Positions 55,704-64,000 of a DNA stretch of 64,000 nt are shown one piece after another. The notes beneath the pieces are model-generated. The model was not told the origin of the DNA, searched no databases, and saw only the letters and a program-made list of their open reading frames with translations. How positions within the stretch are numbered: position 1 is the stretch's first letter; every line of letters starts with the position of its first letter. This DNA comes from Octopus sinensis (lineage: Eukaryota), in assembly GCF_006345805.1 (NCBI RefSeq), contig NC_042999.1, forward strand, positions 70,928,001-70,992,000, read 5' to 3'. Position numbers and translations under genes: made by a program.

Positions 55704-57506
55704 GCTATAACCGAACGTAAATACGTTTATGAAAATCAATACAAACAATATAGGCAGCTCCACAGACACGCTGTAAACATTTCTGATCACAGAAATCAGT
55801 TGTGCTTCAAGGTGGTTACACTTAAAAATATATCCTTGATGAGTTGTTACGTTGTTCTCTTGCCTACAGTTAACTCGACCATCCCACCTTGTTATGTTAT
55901 TTAACCAAAATCTCATCTTTTCTCAGGTATTTTCATATATTATACTACATTATCAAATTCGTCTTTCTTTTTAAGATGCTGGAGTGTGATTTGAGGGTCA
56001 CTGGGCTGTTATCTCTTGCAAGTCATCCTATTACATAGAAACCCATTCATTGATTCTGTACTTTATGAATGTCTCTGTAGATCAGTAATCAAAGTAGTGG
56101 TCTGAATTAACTCCCCGTTCATTTATTTAGCTAAAACTTCTACAAATGTCACATTTTCCATGTCATTTTGACCTAAAACTTCCAGGCTTCATTTATTTGC
56201 TCCTGGTGCAAAATAGGCATGTTATAAAACTAACATTTTCGTGTTTCTTGATGTAACTTGTCCCCATAAATCATTATTAATATATTAAAAACAACAACAA
56301 CAACAACAACATATGCTTGAATCTAACAATAAAAATTAAAAAAATAGAATAACGAAATATTATTCTGAAATTTCACTTTTTAACTTTCAATATTACTGTT
56401 TCCATAATTTGAATCCTTATCTTTAGTGAAATCTTAACTCAATTTTCCTCCTCCTCTTCGACGTCGTCGTCATCATCATCATTATCGACGATGATGACGG
56501 TAGGCACAAAGATGGCAATGACGACGAAAATTATTGCAAAAAAAAAAAGCTAACAGCAGTGCAACAGCAGTGCAACAGCAGCAACAACAACAACAAAAAT
56601 GTAGCAAAGCTCTCTAACAATTGCAGCAGCAATAAAGAAGTATTGTTAAAATGCTTACTGAGCAATTATTTCTAAATTAATCACGTTATAATGTAGAACT
56701 CTTCAGTTTGTTGGCCATCAGTCCTTTTTATATTTGTCCAATGAAATTAAATGATATTTTAACAAAAATATTAAATGAAATACAAAAAAACATTGAAGAA
56801 AAAATACCCCCAAAATTGCTAATTTTGATAAACATATTTGAAGTGTAATAGCCGTTTAGTAAAACTAATAAGATAAGAAACAAGCAATTTTGGAACAACA
56901 ATGAAAACCATTATTATTATTACCACCACCACTATCAGCCTATTTTTTAAATCCATTTTATCAACTGTTTCATTATCCACTGACCCCTTCTACTCCTGTG
57001 TAATGGCAATTATCTCGCTCAATAATCTCGCTCAAAAGAACCAGGACGTCAATTAAATCTGCTTGACTGATTTAGAATATTACTTGAGCACGTCCACTCT
57101 TTAAGGAGTCATGGTGATTCTATAATAATTAGAAGGTTATCTTGTAACATTATCCTTCCGCTATTTATTTTCCGCTTTCACCTCCTTGAATAGCAAATGG
57201 GAATATAAATCAAGCAAAAAACAAAACAAAAACAACAAAATAAAAAAAAAACAAATGTTATAAAAAGTTAAAAAACAAAAGCAAAAAGCGAAATCAATTT
57301 TTATCTCCCTTTATTTTATACGGTACTGGAATGTACAACTTAAAAGCTTTATCCAGATAGTACGATAAAAAGTATTTTAAAAAGTTGATTATTATTTCCT
57401 TTCAGTAAAAAAATCAATTTCTGAAATATATATCCATATATCCTGAACGGAATCTTTATCTAAAAGACTACTAAATAAAATATTGATTGCCTGCCTGTAT
57501 GTTTAC

Positions 57507-57661
57507 CAAATCGTATGATGGCGCGTGAATATAGTGTGTCGCAGACTGATTGGGTCGTTGAGGAATAACTGCAAGACTTCCATCTTTATTCAATGCATTT
57601 AGACAGTCTGGCAGTGAGCGTTGTTCAGGGAGCACAAATGTGTTGCAAATTAACGAAATAA
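57507..57661 (-). CDS. Candidate coding exon (155 nt), same strand as the 52375-52676 exon
   Basis: 51 open codons (ISLICNTFVLPEQRSLPDCLNALNKDGSLAVIPQRPNQSATHYIHAPSYDL), in-frame stop just upstream, acceptor gaatag, donor TTG|GTAAAC. It ends in phase 0 while the next visible exon starts in phase 1, so an unseen exon would be needed. Confidence 0.33.
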
Positions 57662-58460
57662 CTATTCAATGCTCAAGATAATATCAGGAATCGATGAAAC
57701 TAGTTTGTGATGGTTTATGTCAGAAGCAGTTACTCCATAGTCTCATACAAGTTCAATTGCCGTAAGGGACACATTTACATAAATATCTTAAAATAGCTTT
57801 CCGGTTGTGGTGGCTCTTTATTTCACAGCAGTTTTCATTGACTTCTTACTTGAACATAATCTTTTGTCTGGCCAGGGGCATTGTCTCCCTTCCCCTATCA
57901 TCTCCCATTCTAGCTTTACATCAGGTTTCCAAAACTCTTAAACCATCTCTATTTCTTTGTCATTCCTCTCAGTTCCTGCACCAACATTTTACATCATTCT
58001 TTAACTTAAATCTCTTCATCACTTAACTGTCTACAACTGACAACACGACACCACTTTCATTATCCATTCCACTCTCAGACGAATAGCATTGATCCGAAAA
58101 ATAGAATTTTCAATCCTCACGGCAATTGAAATTATTGAATTTTTCAAGATTACTTTTATTGTTCTTTCCTGACTAGTAAAACTTTTCATCTTTGCACGAG
58201 CACCCTTCAGAGGAAGCAAGGGGGTAAGTGTCCAGCAAGATAAATTCGATCTCTACTTGACGTATTAAACTTCACCGGACTGCGAATATATAGCAGCCAT
58301 GAATTTCTTGGAGTGGTTTACCTATTCTATGCTAACTTATAAAGACAAGCTAACGACAAATGCGTAAGAGTTTCAGGATATTCCTGTGGAATATAAATAC
58401 ATTGGGAAGGCATCTAGCTGGTATACACACAGTGCTATCTCTTAAATAAAACGTGGATTT

Positions 58461-58475
58461 ATAATAATAATAATG

Positions 58476-58527
<52 letters not shown>

Positions 58528-58549
58528 TGATGATGATGATGATGATAAA

Positions 58550-58616
<67 letters not shown>

Positions 58617-58741
58617 TAATAATAATAATACTGTTGCTGCTGCTACAACCACTGCTGCTATTGGACATAAAAACAATAATATCAGTGATATCAAGGATGA
58701 TGATGATGATGATGATAATGATGATGATAATAATAATAATA

Positions 58742-58826
<85 letters not shown>

Positions 58827-58836
58827 CAATAATAAT
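58461..58836. repeat. Compound (TAA)n/(TGA)n microsatellite
   Basis: Direct reading. Confidence 0.97.
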
Positions 58837-59570
58837 GAGATTGAAACTATAGACCACCTAATCTCAGGGTGTAGAGTCTTAGCACCTGTAAAACATAAAG
58901 CAAGACGTGACAGAGTTGGCCAGTATTTACACTTGACAATATGTCGGCATTATAAATTCAAAACAGCGGACAAATGGCATAAACACTATCCCGAAACTGT
59001 GACTGAGGGAGAAAATGTGTCGATTCTCTGGGACTTCCCCGTACATACCGACAAAACTATAAAAGCTAATAAACCGGATATTATAAAAGATTAGACAAAA
59101 AAGGTGTGTTTATCAATTGACATGAGTATTCCTTGCAATCACAACATAGTGGCGAAAGAATTTGACAAGATCAGTAAATATAAAGACTTGCTAATAGAAA
59201 TTGAAAAAATGTGGCATCTCAATGCGATTAGCGTACCAGTGATTGTAGGATCTCTAGGAATGATAAAAAAAAGTACTGAAACCTATTTGAAAATGATACC
59301 AGGCTTACCATCCCCACAGGAAGTGCAAAAAATCGTGTTAACTGGAACGACTCATGTATTGAGAAGAGTATTGTCGCTGAGAAAACAACATTCATTCATG
59401 AATTTATATATTTATTAATTTTTTTACATACATATTTTACCTGTGAATTTGCGTGTGTAATCTGGGAATGCATACAATGAGCTTCTCTGTCCTAGGTGTA
59501 CGGAAAACACTCAGCGAGAAATGGAAGAAAATTTGAAGAAAGAAGAAAAAACAGCAACAACAATAATAAT
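58837..59570 (+). mobile_element. R4/Dong-type non-LTR retrotransposon, short 3' fragment (subfamily B)
   Basis: ETIDHLISGC, LWDFPVHTDKTIKANKPD, VQKIVLTGTTHVLR. The 3' UTR agaaatggaagaaaatttgaa matches the 43717 copy. Preceded and followed by TAA repeats. Confidence 0.92.
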
Positions 59571-59910
59571 AGATCTTATTGTGTACAGCGCTCAGATTCA
59601 CTACAGTGAAACGTATAGTGTAGTAAGTAAATACCCAAGATATTTTATCCGACATTCTATCGAATATATGGCTATAGTTTCAATGATTCAAGATTCAAAT
59701 TGGATGAACGAGAAACTATTTTCAATTTGCTAATCTTTTTGTAAAAGTAAAAACAATCCGAGAAAACGAAACCTTAGGCAGAATAGAAAAATGATACAGG
59801 GGGATTTAACATAGAATTAATGTAAGCTTTGAAAAACAAAAATATTGCGAGATGTATAAACCTGTACACAAAAATACACTCGCACACGAAAACACACACG
59901 CACACACACA

Positions 59911-59960
<50 letters not shown>

Positions 59961-60066
59961 AAATAAACACACACAGGCACATCATTACATCCATCCCTGT
60001 ATACAAATGCACATATATGTATATGATGTGTACATAAATAAGTGTGTGTATGTATGCATGAATGTA

Positions 60067-60139
<73 letters not shown>

Positions 60140-60569
60140 GTATGTATGAATGTATGCATACTATTCCTGAGTTTTCCTCTTTGTCCATTTTTGTTTAAAT
60201 TATGCAGATTACCTAAATCTGTACTACACATTTTACATATGTCGAATTTCCTTGGCTAATGGACGAATACCACATTTAATTTGCCTTTCAACGATGTATT
60301 TACATTAAGTATGATATCTAGATGGTTAAACATATCTAAATATTATTTGAATATACATATATGATAAACAGGTGTAATGCACACACATATATAAGTAGGA
60401 AATAATAAAATTAAAAACTGCATACCAAAAGGCTTTGGAATTATGAACATTTTACTGCGAAAATTATAAGAGTAAAGAAATTTAGAATAAATTTTCTTCC
60501 TGGTGGCTAGTATGCTAACCAACGGTAAGAAAATTTAGCCTAAATTTCTTTACCCTTACAATTTTCACA

Positions 60570-60606
<37 letters not shown>

Positions 60607-60621
60607 TTTTCTATATGCATA

Positions 60622-63600
60622 CATGATGGCCGTCCACTCGTGACCGAGGAAGACCATTGCCGACCTTCAGGAACATTGTGCGCTCTAGGACTAACTTATA
60701 TTTTGCATTTGCGGCTCCGTTGGTGGCTAATTAGCCCTGCTCTTGACAAGCATACACGACTGCAAACATTGCAGACCAAGCTTTCCCCATTCACTATACG
60801 AGCCGTGCGCTTTCGCACAGCTCGCTTAAGTTCTTCATGCTGGATACGTGCTCTCTCAAAAGTGTCGATCCCCTCCTTAACCTGCTTTCTCCATCTATGG
60901 CGATGACAGGCATTGTTTTCCCAGTCAGTGTCCTGTATATCAAAAGCCTTTAACGAGGACTTGACACAGTCCTTAAATCGTAGCCTTGGTTTCTGCCGGA
61001 GTCTCCTTCCATTCACAAGTTCTCCATAGAGCATCTGCTTAGAAATCCTTCTATCCTCCATTCTAATAAGGTGTCCTTTCCAACGCAACCGGTGCTTGTG
61101 TACCATCGCCTCAATACTCAAGGATCTGTGTGTCTGGAATTTTTGAGGTCCAGCCAACATTGAGAATGTGTCTGAAATATCTCTGATGAAAACGCTCAAG
61201 GACCCTTACCTGACGTTTGTACAGAGTCCATGTCTCACATGAGTAGAGAAGCGATGTCAGTACACAAGCACGGTACACAGCAACTTTTGTTCTCCTTGCG
61301 ATGCCATGTTGGGACCAGACACGAGACTGAAGAGACCGGAAGGAATTAGTTGCTCTCTGCAACCTGAAAGATATTTCCTCATCCAGGGAGCAAGAACGGC
61401 TGAGTGTGCTGCCCAGGTAGACAAACTTGTCTACTACCTTCAGAATTGTTCCTTCAACCAAGATAGCTGGTTCCATATATGGATTTCCTGGTGCAGGCTG
61501 GAACATTACAACAGTCTTGTCGAGGCTAATGCTGAGTCCAAATGCCCTGCAAGAAGCAGAAATGCAATTCATGAGTATTTGCATGTCATCCACTGTATGA
61601 GTGACGAAGTAACAGTCATCTGCATAAAGGAGGTCACGAATAATAGACTGGGAAACCTTTGAATTGGCAGCAAATCGGCGAAGATTAAAGAGGCGGCCAG
61701 AAGATCGATATCTGACATATATTCCCAGAGAGCTAACCTTAGCAAAAGCATGAGTAAAAGCAGCAGCAAAGAACAAAGAAAAGGGAGTTGGGGCAAGGAT
61801 GTCACCCTGCTTAACACCATTCTCTACAGGAATGGGTCCCGCCATGGTACCACCAACATTGACCCAAGCCTCCATCCCATCATGAAATGATTTAATTATA
61901 GATACAAAATGATCCGGACATCCAAGTTTGCCAAGTATTTTCTATTTACAGTATCAAAGGCCTTAGTTAAATCAATGAATACCTGGACAAGATCCATATT
62001 CTGCTCATAGCACTTCTCCTGCATCTGTCTTGCTGTGAAAATCATATCCATTGTCCCTCTACCAGATCGGAAGCCACATTGAGATTCAGATAGGACATCA
62101 TTTACGAGACACCCATTCAGACGGGTAAGAAGAATATTTGCCAGAACCTTGCCAGCAGCTGATAGCAGAGCAATACCTCTGTAGTTACCACACATTGTTC
62201 TGGCTCCTTTTCCTTTATATAGAGGAAGAATAATTGCATCCTTCCAGTCTTTAGGGATTGCACCATCCCTCCAGACTGCACTAATAAGTTCATGAAGGGA
62301 CTGTGTGATGCAATTACCACCAAATCGCAAAACCTCAGCACAAATTCCATCCTTCCAGGTGCCTACCAAGATTCAATTACTTATTGATGTCATTACTTCA
62401 TGTATTGATGGCGAGGAGTCTAAGGAGTCAATGATAGGTCTTTGTTTCATAGTATCAATCACTGTTTCATCCACAACTCATGGATTAGGAGTTCAGAGAA
62501 GTGTTCGATCCAGCGACCTGTGATTTCTGTTGATTTAGTAAACAGAGTGGAAGACTCCTTGGAAAGCAAAGGAGCTGATGTGGAGCTCTTAGGTCCAAAG
62601 CTCGCTCATAAGATGGTAAAGCTTCTTGCTGTCATTTGCATCAGCAGCAGCCTGAACATCACGAGCAAGATCCCCCCACCAAGTGTTCTGCATCTTCCTG
62701 AGAGATCGCTGCAGTAGTGATTTTACACTGTTATAGTGGGCAAGTGCTAGACTTCGCTGCACAGTAGACAGTTCTCTGTGCAGCAACACACTGTGGGCAT
62801 GGCGCTTCATCACTAATAGTCGTTGAATTCCAGCATCATTCTCATCAAACCAGTCTCTGTGTCTGGCAGTAACATACCCCAGTGTTTCGGCTGCACATTG
62901 AACAACCTGGTCTCGAAAATCTTCCCATGCTGCAGCAGTTTCAATGCTGGACAAGCGAGTCTGAAGCTCTTTCCTAACCACAACATCATATACCTTGTGG
63001 ACATTAAGACGGCGGGGAATGCTTACTGGTCCTCTTCTCTCTTTCACCCTAATCACCATTCGAAACTTTACTCGCGACCCATGCAAGGACTTGACATTAC
63101 AAATGTCATAAATGTCGCGCTTGCGAATGATGACGTAATCCAGCAAGTGCCAAACTTTGGACCTTGGATGCATCCATGTTGTTGTGTGATCATCTTTGTG
63201 CACAAAATGAGTACTTGCAATGTATAGTCCATGTTCTTCGCAAAGCTCCAACAGCATGAGACCATTGCTATTCATTTTCCCTACTCGAAAACGTCCTAGA
63301 GAGTTCCATGTTTGCCAGTCTGTTCCAACTCTGGCATTAAAATCCCCCAGTAGAATGACTTTATCAGAATTGGGGATTTTTCTAAGTATGGCTCTCAGCT
63401 GGGTATAAAAGATTATTATTTTTCATCACAGCTAGTCAAAGTAGGTGCATAGGCACTTATTAGAGTAGCAAACGCTTACCTTTCAAGTGCAACCGTAGGG
63501 TCATTATACGTTCATTTATAGGAACAGGGAGCTCTTCTAACTCTTCAGGATATCAGATTGGATTGCAAAACCAACACCAGCCTCTCTGCGCTCCTCCTTC

Positions 63601-64000
63601 TGCCTTCCTTTCCCATAAAAGGTGTATCCGCCTCCTACTTCCTCAAGCTGACCATCACCTTCTATACGAGTCTCTGAGAGTGCAGCTATATCAATTTTAT
63701 AACGTTTCAGCTCACGAGCAACAAGTGCAGTGCGTCTTTCAGGCCTGCAATCATTCCTGTTGTCTAACAGAGTACGCATATTCCAACATGAAATGTTGAA
63801 GTTCCGTCCAGATTTTATAGATAAAAGACTCTTTGTTTATCGAGCGCAGGGTGAACATCGGTCAGTCGCGCTAAACTGACCAGATATGGGAAGACAGGCA
63901 ATTTTTGGTTCACCTTTTCTAGAACCTCCCCGGTCTCCAGGTGAGCAGTGCCCTCTCCAAATGGAGCTGCTCAGACACCCATGCAGCAACCGAATCCTAC
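60622..64000 (-). mobile_element. RTE-clade LINE, near full length (APE endonuclease plus RT), frameshifted; 5' UTR runs off the window
   Basis: WNMRTLLD...RPERRTALVARELKRYKIDIAALSETR (APE), LLDYVIIRKRD, NYRGIALLS, FIDLTKAFDTV, GVKQGDILAP, LLYADD, RLRWKGH, C-terminal CNVCSRVC...SHQR; tail ggtcttcctcggtcacgagtggacggccatca. Confidence 0.96.

Overview
Eukaryotic, very AT-rich, microsatellite-saturated DNA. The SINE families and repeat load are typical of an octopus genome (inference). There is one 100-N assembly gap, and almost all listed ORFs are simple-repeat artefacts. No rRNA, tRNA or CRISPR features were found. Supportable content: (1) non-LTR retrotransposons: four R4/Dong-type copies (RT plus restriction-like endonuclease), each sitting in a (TAA)n tract on its own sense strand, one near full length; a near full-length RTE at the right edge; CR1-group and RTE fragments. 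(2) Two decayed Penelope-like (PLE) coding fragments (RT; GIY-YIG). (3) Three tRNA-headed SINE families, including multimeric copies with single TSDs. (4) A complete but dead Tc1, mariner and hAT remnants, and four MITEs. (5) One strong orphan coding exon on the minus strand, so the window is probably mostly intron of an unidentified host gene. The most striking signal is ribozyme-like. At least nine hammerhead motifs were found by eye, one with a fully intact core (28714-28792). Several lie in short non-coding palindromic elements inserted in TA-rich microsatellite that carry a hammerhead on each strand. There is also a degenerate HDV-like double pseudoknot at the 5' end of an internally deleted RTE derivative. 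All folds were derived by hand and none was computed or tested.
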